From Nitrospiraceae bacterium (lineage in GTDB: Bacteria > Nitrospirota > Nitrospiria > Nitrospirales > Nitrospiraceae), in the NCBI GenBank assembly GCA_037442105.1, contig JBBIQV010000007.1:62001-100753 (forward strand): a stretch of DNA of 38,753 nucleotides, given 5' to 3'. Below, piece by piece: positions 21,218-30,663 of this stretch. Both the position numbers and the translations under genes were made by a program. Each line of letters opens with the position of its first letter. Positions within the stretch are counted from its first letter, which is position 1. The notes below the pieces were generated by a model, which was given only the letters and a program-made list of their open reading frames with translations, had not been told where the DNA came from and did not search any database.

Positions 21218-23007
21218 TGGACCCCAAACAAAAACAGTTCTCCATCTGGTACATCTTCATCGCCCTCTGGGCCGTGATGCTGTTCCAGATTTTCGTGACG
21301 CCCTTCTTCAATCCGAGCGAGATTCCCTACAGCGAGTTCAAGGCGGCGGTGGCGGCTGGGAAGGTGGGCGAAGTTTCGGTATCGCCGCACACCATTCATG
21401 GGCGCATGAGGGATGGACAGATCTTCGATACGATCCGTGTAGAGGACCCGAATCTTGTCCGAGACCTTGATCAGCACCAAGTCAAGGTTACCGGCGTCGT
21501 CGAAAGCACCTTCGTGCGCGACCTCTTGTCGTGGGTCGTGCCGATCGTGCTGTTCGGCGGGCTCTGGCTGTTCATTTTCCGCCGCCTGGGGCAAAGCCAG
21601 GGGTTCATGACGGTGGGCCGGAGCAAGGCCAAGATCTATATGGAGAAGGACATCAAGGTAACTTTTGCGGACGCGGCCGGCGTCGACGAAGCAAAGCAGG
21701 AACTGCAAGAGATCATCGAATTTCTCAAGACGCCGGGAAAATTCCAGCGTCTTGGCGGCAAGATTCCCAAGGGCATCCTGCTGGTCGGTCCGCCGGGAAC
21801 GGGCAAGACGCTTCTCGCAAAAGCGGTGGCCGGTGAGGCCGCCGTACCGTTCTTCTCCATCAGCGGATCGGAATTCGTCGAGATGTTCGTGGGTGTCGGC
21901 GCAGCGCGGGTACGGGATTTGTTCGAGCAAGCGATGCAGAAGGCTCCCTGTATCATCTTCATCGACGAACTGGACGCGTTGGGAAAGGCGCGAGGGATGG
22001 GACCGATGGCCCATGAAGAGCGCGAGCAGACCCTGAACCAACTCCTGGTCGAAATGGACGGTTTCGATCCGCGCGCCGGAGTGATCCTCATGGCCGCGAC
22101 GAACCGGCCGGAAATTCTCGACCCGGCGCTACTGCGCGCCGGCCGGTTCGATCGCCATGTGCTCGTCGATCGCCCGGACAAAGCCGGCCGGTTGGCCATT
22201 CTGAACGTGCATGCGCGGCATATCTCGCTCGCCGACGTGCGCGACCTGGACACTATCGCGGCCATGACGCCGGGATTTGTGGGCGCCGACTTGGCGAACG
22301 TGCTGAACGAAGCCGCCTTGCTCGCCGTCCGGCGCGGGAAGGACGCGGTCAGTCTGGCGGAATTGCAAGAAGCGGTCGAACGTGTAATCGCCGGCCTCGA
22401 AAAGAAGAACCGGGTCCTGAATCAGATGGAACGCGAACGTGTTGCACATCACGAGGTGGGTCATGCGCTCGTCGCGTTGTCGATTCCAGGCACGGACACG
22501 GTCCAGAAGATTTCGATCATTCCGCGCGGGATCGCTGCGTTGGGCTATACCCTCCAGCTTCCCACGGAAGATCGCTTCCTGATGACCAAAACGGAATTGA
22601 AAAACAAGATCGCCGTTTTGCTCGGCGGACGCGCAGCCGAGGACCTGATCTATCACGAGGTCTCCACGGGCGCACAGGACGATCTGTTGAAGGCGACCGA
22701 CATCGCCAAGAGTATGGTGAAAGCTTACGGCATGAGCGAGAAGCTGGGACAGGTGAGCTTCGATCGGGAACGCCAGCCGTTGTTTCTCCAAACCGGGCAA
22801 CCACCGGCGCCCGGTGACTACAGCGAACAGACCTCGCGAGAGATTGACTGCGAAGTGCGTGAAATCATTGACGCGCAGTATGAGCGGGTCCAGGCGCTGC
22901 TCAGAACCAAAGAAGGAGTTCTCCGAGAAGCCGCGCAGGTGTTGCTCGGCAAGGAAACCATTTCCGGAGAGGAACTGAAGGCCATCGTGGCCAAAGCGGA
23001 GGCGTGA
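21217..23007 (+). CDS. ftsH: ATP-dependent zinc metalloprotease FtsH
   Basis: Two TM helices, [17 protein letters not shown] motif [17 protein letters not shown] zinc motif. Confidence 0.97.
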   Translation: MDPKQKQFSIWYIFIALWAVMLFQIFVTPFFNPSEIPYSEFKAAVAAGKVGEVSVSPHTIHGRMRDGQIFDTIRVEDPNLVRDLDQHQVKVTGVVESTFVRDLLSWVVPIVLFGGLWLFIFRRLGQSQGFMTVGRSKAKIYMEKDIKVTFADAAGVDEAKQELQEIIEFLKTPGKFQRLGGKIPKGILLVGPPGTGKTLLAKAVAGEAAVPFFSISGSEFVEMFVGVGAARVRDLFEQAMQKAPCIIFIDELDALGKARGMGPMAHEEREQTLNQLLVEMDGFDPRAGVILMAATNRPEILDPALLRAGRFDRHVLVDRPDKAGRLAILNVHARHISLADVRDLDTIAAMTPGFVGADLANVLNEAALLAVRRGKDAVSLAELQEAVERVIAGLEKKNRVLNQMERERVAHHEVGHALVALSIPGTDTVQKISIIPRGIAALGYTLQLPTEDRFLMTKTELKNKIAVLLGGRAAEDLIYHEVSTGAQDDLLKATDIAKSMVKAYGMSEKLGQVSFDRERQPLFLQTGQPPAPGDYSEQTSREIDCEVREIIDAQYERVQALLRTKEGVLREAAQVLLGKETISGEELKAIVAKAEA

Positions 23008-25157
23008 GGATGCCGATGGAACGGGACGGTGTGAAGGTCGTAATGGTGACGGCGGCTCTCGCGCTAGCGGGATGTGCCTCAGATCTTCCCTACTCCATCG
23101 CCATTGATCATCCGATCTCTCCGCAGAGTCAGAAGGTCCATGAAAAAGATTGTGTCCTGCGACTGAGTCCACTCGTGGCTGAATTCGTAGGATCACGCCC
23201 TGCCGAGCAGTGGCAGATACGAGTCCTTCAGAGGGAGTTTGAAACACGATTAGGGAGCGCGGTGAACGAGAGCAGGACATGCAAGGACAACAATTACCAT
23301 CCGCCCACGGCTTATGAATCCGGCATTGAAGATGTGGCCAAGAAATGGCTCGTTACGTACTCGCTTGATGCGACTGATCCGGATCAAAGTCTGGAACGGT
23401 TTCGCGAGTTTCTTCTCTCGTCGATCGAAGCGAAGCGGCTATCGGCCACCTCTCTGAAGCCGGATGAATCTGAACCCGATACTTATTACCTGGTCGAAAA
23501 GCGGTCGATGCGTCAATCGCAGTGGTGCGGGGAGCTGACGGAGGAGACGTATAGAGAGATCCATATTCCTTTACTCTCATCGCTCATGGAGACCCAAGCC
23601 GTTCAGCAACAGAAAGCCACACGGGGTCCCGAACACGTTTCCCCGAGAGCCCCCGAGCCAACGTCCTGTTTGGACCAGCGGTCCCTCTATCGAATTATGA
23701 CGAATTTGGCACGGGATCAGAAAAGCGCGACCGACCAACAGGAACTCTATGATCAACTCTTGGAAGAGGTGGTTCAGGGGCAGATGAAAGGGCAAGCGAG
23801 AAACGTTCGGTACCTCGTGCTCGGGTATGAGATTCCCTGGGATAAGGATCAGACTCTTGTGCGGTATGGTGTCACGTTTTACTTCCGGGAGACAGAGTTG
23901 CCGGGAAAAGACCGCTCATCCAAGGCAAGTCCTTCATCGCACCATGAACGCGCAACGCAGTTAATAGGATACGATCTGATCTATGCCAACGAGGCGACGC
24001 CGGAACCGCAACTGGCAGAACACGAATCCACAGAACCGCCCGATCAATCTGGGCCCTCGCCTTGGAGCAAGAACTGGTGGCGCGTCACCGGTTACCCGTT
24101 TTCCATAGCGATCGGGGTCAAGAACGCGGCCTTCGAGCTTGCCAAGCTGCCGTTGAGCTGGATCCCGGGCGTCCTTTTTGGACGGGACGCTCCAAACTAC
24201 CCACTCGAAAATTTGATTACGGCGTACAATGCGCTGCATGTGGAAGCGACGACGCAAACCCGCGGGGGACTTGAGGCAGGACTGTACCGGTTACTCACTG
24301 AAGTGCCCTTCGTGGGGCAGATGTTCCAATATAACTTCGGCGCGGATCATTCGGAAGGAGACGATTTATCGCGGAGCGAGGAAGTCCGGCGCAAGCTGTT
24401 CCTGTCACGCGGAATCTATGGAGGGAATAAATGGGGACAGGATACGGGTCTGTGGGCGTCTATGGCGAAGGAAGCCTATCCAACTTATGACGTGTATAGT
24501 CCGCCTTACCGCCATGGGACGGTCTTGGACGTGGCGTGGTCTATGTTCAATCTTTCGCACGGTCCGGCATATAGCGAGGCGCGCTATATCACCGACCACG
24601 CAACACGCAAAGATCGCCTGTATCTGGCTGGACATAGCGGCGGAGTCCAGCGCAGTGCGGCAGCATCGAGGATCTTGTGGCACCATGGGTATAGAGTCAT
24701 CAAAGTGATGGGTGTTGCCGGCCCAAGTATCGGGCAGGCATTTGTGGACGACCGGTATCCTGATGCATTCCGTGTGTACCTGAACTCTGGGTCCGGTGCC
24801 AACCAGGATATCGTGTCGAAGGTGGGTATGGTGGCGGGGGCTTTCTCTACCGTACTCGATTACGGCGTGATCGCACCGCTGAAGTATACGGTCGGCGGGC
24901 TATTCACTTGGAACGGTCCTGTCCGGGATCGTATCTATCGCACGGCGGACCGAATCGGATTTACCAATGCAACGATCGTCGAGGTGGAACGGAAACCGTC
25001 AAGCCAACATCAAACTCCGTTTCGTCTGTCGCTCACTGATCGTTTGGTGTTTGATGCATATCTGCGCAATGAGTTTGAGACCATGTTCCGCGAGGATCTT
25101 GAGCGACCGGAGATTCCTGACCACGAGCGCCCCAATGCAATTCAGTGGGAACGGTAG
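23004..25157 (+). CDS. Large lipoprotein with putative C-terminal alpha/beta-hydrolase domain
   Basis: Lipobox LAGC near N-terminus; YLAGHSGG nucleophile-elbow motif at 24630-24644. Exact start uncertain. Confidence 0.7.
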   Translation: MRMPMERDGVKVVMVTAALALAGCASDLPYSIAIDHPISPQSQKVHEKDCVLRLSPLVAEFVGSRPAEQWQIRVLQREFETRLGSAVNESRTCKDNNYHPPTAYESGIEDVAKKWLVTYSLDATDPDQSLERFREFLLSSIEAKRLSATSLKPDESEPDTYYLVEKRSMRQSQWCGELTEETYREIHIPLLSSLMETQAVQQQKATRGPEHVSPRAPEPTSCLDQRSLYRIMTNLARDQKSATDQQELYDQLLEEVVQGQMKGQARNVRYLVLGYEIPWDKDQTLVRYGVTFYFRETELPGKDRSSKASPSSHHERATQLIGYDLIYANEATPEPQLAEHESTEPPDQSGPSPWSKNWWRVTGYPFSIAIGVKNAAFELAKLPLSWIPGVLFGRDAPNYPLENLITAYNALHVEATTQTRGGLEAGLYRLLTEVPFVGQMFQYNFGADHSEGDDLSRSEEVRRKLFLSRGIYGGNKWGQDTGLWASMAKEAYPTYDVYSPPYRHGTVLDVAWSMFNLSHGPAYSEARYITDHATRKDRLYLAGHSGGVQRSAAASRILWHHGYRVIKVMGVAGPSIGQAFVDDRYPDAFRVYLNSGSGANQDIVSKVGMVAGAFSTVLDYGVIAPLKYTVGGLFTWNGPVRDRIYRTADRIGFTNATIVEVERKPSSQHQTPFRLSLTDRLVFDAYLRNEFETMFREDLERPEIPDHERPNAIQWER

Positions 25158-25219
25158 CCTGACCCTCCTCAGCGGGGTGCCGGTTCCGTGACTCTCATGA
25201 ACGGCTGGAGGCAAACACC

Positions 25220-25915
25220 ATGAACCGACGGATCTTGATGGCGCCGGATCTGGTCAGAGTGCTCGTCTGTTTCATCGTCTTGGCGGTGGGTCTCCCTGCG
25301 GCGGGACAATCCGAGCACCAGCACCGGCGCCCGGACGACATCGCGCAATACCTCGAACACCTCGACAGCCCGGAGCGCGACCGGCATCAGAAACCGGCTC
25401 AAGTGATCGAGGCGTTATCGTTAACGCCTGGGATGAGCGTGGCCGATCTTGGATCAGGCTCCGGCTATTTTACGCGGCGTTTCGTGGAGGCTGTGACGGA
25501 GACAGGAAAAGTGTACGCGATCGATACAGAGCAGGAGATGCTCAACTATGTGAAGGAGAGCATCGCCCACATGCATGTGCCCTATACGGCTGAATTCATC
25601 CTGGCGTGGCCGGACAGTCCAAAGTTGCCGTTCGAGTCGGTGGACCTAATTTTCGTGTGCAACGTGTACCATCACTTGGAGGATCGAGCCAAATACTTTG
25701 CCGGCGTGAAATCGTCGCTCCGGCCAGGCGGGCGGATTGCCATCGTGGATTTCTACCATGATGAGCGGTCAGGGGAAGTGGGGTTCCCGAAACGGCACCT
25801 GGTCCCGCGCGAGACCGTGCTGGAGGAAATGGCCCAGGCAGGCTACCGGCTGCGACGCGAACACGAGTTCCTCTCCCGGCAATACTTCCTCGAATTTGTT
25901 CCGGTTCAGAACTGA
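25220..25915 (+). CDS. Class I SAM-dependent methyltransferase with N-terminal signal peptide
   Basis: VADLGSGSGYF, VYAID, VDLIF, NVYHH, LRPGGRIAIVDF. Confidence 0.9.
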   Translation: MNRRILMAPDLVRVLVCFIVLAVGLPAAGQSEHQHRRPDDIAQYLEHLDSPERDRHQKPAQVIEALSLTPGMSVADLGSGSGYFTRRFVEAVTETGKVYAIDTEQEMLNYVKESIAHMHVPYTAEFILAWPDSPKLPFESVDLIFVCNVYHHLEDRAKYFAGVKSSLRPGGRIAIVDFYHDERSGEVGFPKRHLVPRETVLEEMAQAGYRLRREHEFLSRQYFLEFVPVQN

Positions 25916-25945
25916 CAGCAGATCGCGGCTGGTCGTGGGCAGGAA

Positions 25946-26140
25946 TCAGCCCGGCTTCTTGGCGGCGAACACCGTCGCATCGCAGGACAGGTACTTGAGC
26001 TGTTTCATGGGAATGATAAAGACCTCTTTGGGCGTATCGACTTCGAGCACTTCCATGTCGTCGCTGATAGTGTGACGGACGGCGTCCTTGACCAGAAGTT
26101 CCTGATTATCGACGAACACGATTTTGACCCAGTATTGCAC
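25946..26140 (-). CDS. Small hypothetical protein (64 aa)
   Basis: GGAGG RBS 5 nt before GTG at 26140; MQYWVKIVFVDNQELLVKDA...; directly downstream of proC. Confidence 0.75.
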   Translation of the reverse strand: MQYWVKIVFVDNQELLVKDAVRHTISDDMEVLEVDTPKEVFIIPMKQLKYLSCDATVFAAKKPG

Positions 26141-26152
26141 AGTCACCTCCCC

Positions 26153-26980
26153 TCAGTGATCGAACCATTCTCGACCCAACTCATGCGAACGTTTTGCCGC
26201 CGCCTCGACCGCAGAGATCAAGGCGGCTCGTAGCCTGCCCTCTTCAAGTTTCTGCAGGCCGGCAATCGTGGTTCCACCGGACGAGGCCACACGATCTTTC
26301 AATCGGCCCGGGTGTTCTCCGGTGTCGAGGAGCATCTTTGCAGCACCGAGCACCGTCTGAGCCGCTAACGATTCAGCGGCCTGACGCGGGAGTCCCATCT
26401 TAACCCCTCCGTCAGCCAACGCCTCGATGATGACAAAAACATAGGCTGGACCGCTGCCGCTCAGAGCCGTCGCCGCGTCCATGAGCCGTTCCTCAATCTC
26501 GACCACCTTCCCGATCGGTTCAAACACCGCCCTTGCCGTCGTGCGGTCCTGGTCCGAAAGTCCTTCACTGTACGATAGGGCGGTCATGCCTTCCCGCACG
26601 ATCGAGGGCGTATTCGGCATGGCGCGGACGACTCGCCCCGCGGCATTCAGCACATTCGCGATGCGAGCGATCGGATATCCCGCGGCAACGGAGATCAGGA
26701 GTTGACCGGGCCCCACCACCGGCGCGATTTCAGTCATGGCGCAATCCAGGACTTGAGGTTCAACGGACAAGACGATGATGTCTCGACCACGAGCGGCCTC
26801 TCTGTTGTCGGCGAGTGTGTCGATGTGATACGTGCTTTTGAGGTAGTCGCGACGCGTGGACAGGATATCGGAAGCGGCCAATTGATCGGGGCGAGCGCTG
26901 GCCCCTTGCAGGATTCCCGCAATGAGCGCCTCGGACATGTTACCGCCCCCGATAAAGGCGACTCGTTTGCCGGCGAGCAT
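26153..26980 (-). CDS. proC: Pyrroline-5-carboxylate reductase
   Basis: FIGGGNM, ISVAAG, RAMPNTP, ALSGSGPAY, GGTTIAG; ATG 26980. Confidence 0.95.
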   Translation of the reverse strand: MLAGKRVAFIGGGNMSEALIAGILQGASARPDQLAASDILSTRRDYLKSTYHIDTLADNREAARGRDIIVLSVEPQVLDCAMTEIAPVVGPGQLLISVAAGYPIARIANVLNAAGRVVRAMPNTPSIVREGMTALSYSEGLSDQDRTTARAVFEPIGKVVEIEERLMDAATALSGSGPAYVFVIIEALADGGVKMGLPRQAAESLAAQTVLGAAKMLLDTGEHPGRLKDRVASSGGTTIAGLQKLEEGRLRAALISAVEAAAKRSHELGREWFDH

Positions 26981-26986
26981 GGCGCG

Positions 26987-27047
26987 ATTATACTGATCGC
27001 TTCCGCGGCCTTGCAACTTGCAAGCGCCCGGCGACCTTGGGTACAGT
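26987..27047. promoter_or_regulatory. Back-to-back divergent sigma70-like promoters
   Basis: Minus strand: TTGCAA(27016-27011)-18 nt-TATAAT(26992-26987). Plus strand: TTGCAA(27018-27023)-18 nt-TACAGT. Confidence 0.55.
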
Positions 27048-27098
27048 GAATCGTTGTACGTCCCTGGATCGTGATCCTCATCAGGAGGAAGAACCGGC

Positions 27099-28175
27099 AT
27101 GAAGGGAGCAATTCTACTGGGCGTGATCCTCGGAATGTTGTTGTCGTGGACCGACGGCTGGGCTCGCCGTGAGGCGCTGACGGATCAACAGAAGCAGCAA
27201 TTGCAGAAGATCGACCGGATCCTTCTGGAAATCCTCGCCTTGACGGACAGAGGCCAGGTCGATGCGTCGGCCTTCCGCGAGCTCGTGAGTCGGCGGTTGA
27301 GCGAACTCGACTACACCATCGTCTCGGAATCTACCCAACCGCATGATGTCGTTTTTAAGGTGAAATGCGAACAGAGGAAGGTCTGGGAGGGCACTATGGC
27401 ATCGGGAGGAGACGCGGACTTGCCCGATTCGCCCCTCCGCGCCTGGAAAGGACCCGCGTGCCAGATTACCTATTTCTTGAACGGGAAAAGCACGCAGTGG
27501 AAGAAGGAAGTCCGCACCGACTTCGTCGATGCGATCAAGGCGGCGGCCGAGGCCAAAGCCGCTGATCCCGGAGCATTCGCGATCGAGCGGTTGTACCTTC
27601 GGCTCGAAGAGTACGATTTTCCCGTACTGGTCACGGCCGACTGGGGCCAAGACGAGCGTCTCTTGAGACTCCTGCTGGATACCAAGACCCCGGCGGCGCG
27701 TAAGGCCCGTATCATCCAGTCTCTCGGCGAGATGTTCTCCGCCAAGGCCGTTCCCTACCTGCAATCGTCCCTCAAAGATCCCGATCCGGAGATCTCCAAG
27801 GCCGCGGCCATCGCGCTGGGGAATATCGGCCATCAGGAAAGCATCGCGTCCCTAGTGGACATGTTGAAGACCGGCAAGCTCGAACAGAAAATCGCCGCAG
27901 CCAAGGCGCTCGGCAAGGTCGGGGCCTTTCACGGAGATGTCTCCATCATCCCACCCCTGCTTGAAGCGCTGGACACGGACGACCTGGTCCTGAAAACTGA
28001 GATCGTGTGGGCCTTGGGACAACTTCCCGACCGCCGAGCCTATGAGCCTTTGGCCGCCTTGCAACAGTCCTTGCGCAATGTGCGCACGAGCGATCGAAGT
28101 TCTCAGGAGGGAAAGCTATGGGATGCGGTCAGTTATAGTCTGAAGCAACTCGATGGATTCGACCAGATCAATTAG
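27099..28175 (+). CDS. Exported HEAT-repeat protein
   Basis: AGGAGG RBS, signal peptide, and HEAT-like repeats (AAAIALGNIG, AAAKALGKVG, EIVWALGQL). Confidence 0.85.
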   Translation: MKGAILLGVILGMLLSWTDGWARREALTDQQKQQLQKIDRILLEILALTDRGQVDASAFRELVSRRLSELDYTIVSESTQPHDVVFKVKCEQRKVWEGTMASGGDADLPDSPLRAWKGPACQITYFLNGKSTQWKKEVRTDFVDAIKAAAEAKAADPGAFAIERLYLRLEEYDFPVLVTADWGQDERLLRLLLDTKTPAARKARIIQSLGEMFSAKAVPYLQSSLKDPDPEISKAAAIALGNIGHQESIASLVDMLKTGKLEQKIAAAKALGKVGAFHGDVSIIPPLLEALDTDDLVLKTEIVWALGQLPDRRAYEPLAALQQSLRNVRTSDRSSQEGKLWDAVSYSLKQLDGFDQIN

Positions 28176-28209
28176 TCGCCCACCGTGCCACGGCCGGCAT
28201 GCGCGCGGG

Positions 28210-28731
28210 ATGTTCGCGGCTCGGCTTCTACGCGAGTTCTGTTCCATCCTCTTGGGAACCGCCATCGCGGCCATCCCGGCCATGGCTCAGACGATCGGCG
28301 ACGAAGCCGAGATGGAACGTCTTCGCACCAGAGCAGAAGAGGCCATTGCGAGCGATGATCCCGAAGGCGCCGCCATGAGCATGGGCCGGGCGGCACTCAT
28401 GGCGGCTGAACTGGCGAAGCGACAAGCGCCCGGATCGCGCCAACACTACTTTCGCGGCGCGGAAATTTTGTTCCGGTCGCAGGAGCATGCGTATCGGTCG
28501 CTGGCCCTCTTCCGACGAGCAGGCGGACAACCTCCTGCATCGTCAGGCGCCTGCGGCGGGCTCGGTCTCGCCCAGAACCATGTCCAACAGGCGATGGAAC
28601 TATTCGACCAAGGCACGGGCGCCGGCGACGACGATCAGAAGACCGCCACAAACACGGCGAGACTGAAAGAAATAGCAGAGGATTGGGTCACTGTGATCGC
28701 ATCCATGCACAAAGACTTCCAGTGCCCATAG
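28210..28731 (+). CDS. Exported helical hypothetical protein
   Basis: Signal peptide ending AMA-Q; ATG 28210 avoids overlap with the upstream gene. Confidence 0.7.
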   Translation: MFAARLLREFCSILLGTAIAAIPAMAQTIGDEAEMERLRTRAEEAIASDDPEGAAMSMGRAALMAAELAKRQAPGSRQHYFRGAEILFRSQEHAYRSLALFRRAGGQPPASSGACGGLGLAQNHVQQAMELFDQGTGAGDDDQKTATNTARLKEIAEDWVTVIASMHKDFQCP

Positions 28732-28734
28732 CAC

Positions 28735-29190
28735 TCATGAGCCGCTCGCGTCATCTTCCGGATTAATGATATGCAGGCCCAAGGGACGACAGGCCGAGAG
28801 GAGCTGTTTATCCGCGCTCACCACGGTCAGTCGTAGGGGTTTCAGCTCAAGCGCCAACGCCACATGTTGAACTTGAGAAGACATGAGGAACGGATAATCC
28901 AGCATGAGTTCCTTGGCGCTGAGATAGGTCTCCATGGTCGGCGCGATATAGTGAAAGAGTCCCTGCCCGGACTCGATTTCAAACTTGTAGAGGACGGAAT
29001 AGCAGTCGTCCCGCGTGATCTCACCGTGGTGCGCCCTGGTGGACATTACCGAATAGAGGTCGGCGACGGTCCAGATAGGAAGAATGATGACTCGTCCCCG
29101 CTTCACCATAAGCCGGTTGACGATGCGCGTTCCGCGTTCCATGCTGTACCGCTTCACGAGCGCGGTGGAATCGAAATAGTAATACGGCAT
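28735..29190 (-). CDS. PIN-domain (VapC-like) protein
   Basis: YYFDSTALVKRY..E.GT N-terminus and VSADKQL C-terminus are typical of PIN/VapC proteins. Confidence 0.85.
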   Translation of the reverse strand: MPYYYFDSTALVKRYSMERGTRIVNRLMVKRGRVIILPIWTVADLYSVMSTRAHHGEITRDDCYSVLYKFEIESGQGLFHYIAPTMETYLSAKELMLDYPFLMSSQVQHVALALELKPLRLTVVSADKQLLSACRPLGLHIINPEDDASGS

Positions 29191-29193
29191 GAA

Positions 29194-29478
29194 TCACGCC
29201 CTCCCCTTCAAAATGACTTCCGCCAACGGCGCCTGCAGTTTTGAGAGTCGGTCCTGAAGCTCATCCAAAGGTAGATCTTCGTACCCCAGCTTACGAAACG
29301 GCGCAGTCATGTTTCCGCTGTTCATGGCTTCCGTATCTCGCCGCAATCGCTCGACCAGGCGTCGCTTGATGAGCCGGCTCGGCATGCGGCGCCCGGAGGA
29401 CCCTCCGCCTTCCGGTCGCTCTGATGCTCGCGCGTCTTTCGAAGTTGCACGGGTTTTCCCCGCCTTTGTCTTGGCCAT
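29194..29478 (-). CDS. Putative antitoxin (VapB-like)
   Basis: Small ORF ending 3 nt upstream of the PIN gene; AAGGAG RBS; C-terminal PLAEVILKGR resembles VapB tails. Confidence 0.6.
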   Translation of the reverse strand: MAKTKAGKTRATSKDARASERPEGGGSSGRRMPSRLIKRRLVERLRRDTEAMNSGNMTAPFRKLGYEDLPLDELQDRLSKLQAPLAEVILKGRA

Positions 29479-29502
29479 ACATGCTCCTTCTCTCGTGAGG
29501 GT

Positions 29503-30663
29503 TCAGTGCGATGGAATGCCCCCGTCCTCTCGCGGGCATCCAGCCGGAGGACTTGCTGCAGCCGGCAGTTCGGCATCACCGTATACGTAAGCGGCGATCG
29601 CTTTCGCAAGGTCGGTAGAGAACTCTTGCTGCATGACGCGAATCGCTTTCGCCGTCGCTTCGCGGGTCGTGAGGTGCCCCTCCTTCCCGCCTTTCGAGAC
29701 GGCACCGACGACTCGTTGGGTCGCCAGTTCCTGAATCACGAAGTCGCTGCACCAGCGGACGTATTTGAATTGCGGATCGCTGATATCGATGGGCCACAGC
29801 CGAACCAGCCCCTTGGCCAGCAGGTCCGGAACAGGCCCTGTCTCGCCCCCCGACGGAGGTTCTGTTCCGGGGCGCCGGCTTGTGACCGATAACCCCGCCC
29901 GGATCAATCCCTCCATCAGCGCGCGTTGAAGCGGCTCGGTCTGATCGCCGGTTATCTCAACGGCGACGGCGAGATTCGTGGCAAGGAATTGCTCGAGCTC
30001 GGTCGTCAGTTCCGCGACCCGGTAGGAGGCAGGCTGTCCTTGGCCGCTGGTTCGGATCACCCGCAAGTCGGCGTTGTAGGCCTCGCGCGTCACAAGATTC
30101 CTGGCGGCGCGTTTCAGGTTGCGGACACGGGCAAGTTTATCCTGGCTCTGGCGCGCCTCGGCAACTTCGGTCTCGATCTTGCCATCCAACTCCCGGATTC
30201 GTTCCATCATCGCTGCCTCGGCCTGGCCGCGATTCATGCCGGCGAGGGCATAGTGCTGCCCTTTTCGACGGTCGTACCACGTATCGAGGATTTGCACGTT
30301 CTCGAGGACCTTGTCGGTGGAGACGCGCGTCACATTGTCCAGAGTCAACCGCCGTTCCGTGCTGGCCTGGCCGCGGTTCTCGATGACAAGATAGGATTCC
30401 CAATCCTTGGCCTGCGCGGAGATCTCCGCTTTGAAGACCCTCGAGACGGCGGCATAGGCTCGTTCTGTGGCCATCTCCCGGTTCTCTGCCTGCCCGACAC
30501 CCAAGAGATATTGGCTGGCAGGAAAGTCCTGACTGGCGCCATCGAGCCAAGCCGGCTTCGCCTTGGCACCAAATGAACTGCATCCAGCCAGCACCGGCAG
30601 TGCGATCACCGCCAGTGTTGCAACGACCCAACGTGCGCCGATGACGGCTGCGCGGACGTTCAC
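29503..30663 (-). CDS. LPP20-family lipoprotein
   Basis: Lipobox LAGC, KPAWL, YLLGVG.A...A..RA. Confidence 0.75.
   Translation of the reverse strand: MNVRAAVIGARWVVATLAVIALPVLAGCSSFGAKAKPAWLDGASQDFPASQYLLGVGQAENREMATERAYAAVSRVFKAEISAQAKDWESYLVIENRGQASTERRLTLDNVTRVSTDKVLENVQILDTWYDRRKGQHYALAGMNRGQAEAAMMERIRELDGKIETEVAEARQSQDKLARVRNLKRAARNLVTREAYNADLRVIRTSGQGQPASYRVAELTTELEQFLATNLAVAVEITGDQTEPLQRALMEGLIRAGLSVTSRRPGTEPPSGGETGPVPDLLAKGLVRLWPIDISDPQFKYVRWCSDFVIQELATQRVVGAVSKGGKEGHLTTREATAKAIRVMQQEFSTDLAKAIAAYVYGDAELPAAASPPAGCPREDGGIPSH

Noticed and set aside
26153..26980. ProC motif deviations (VEPQ for VKPQ, SSGGTT for SPGGTT)
   Set aside because: The other motifs and the length are intact, so there is not enough evidence for altered function.
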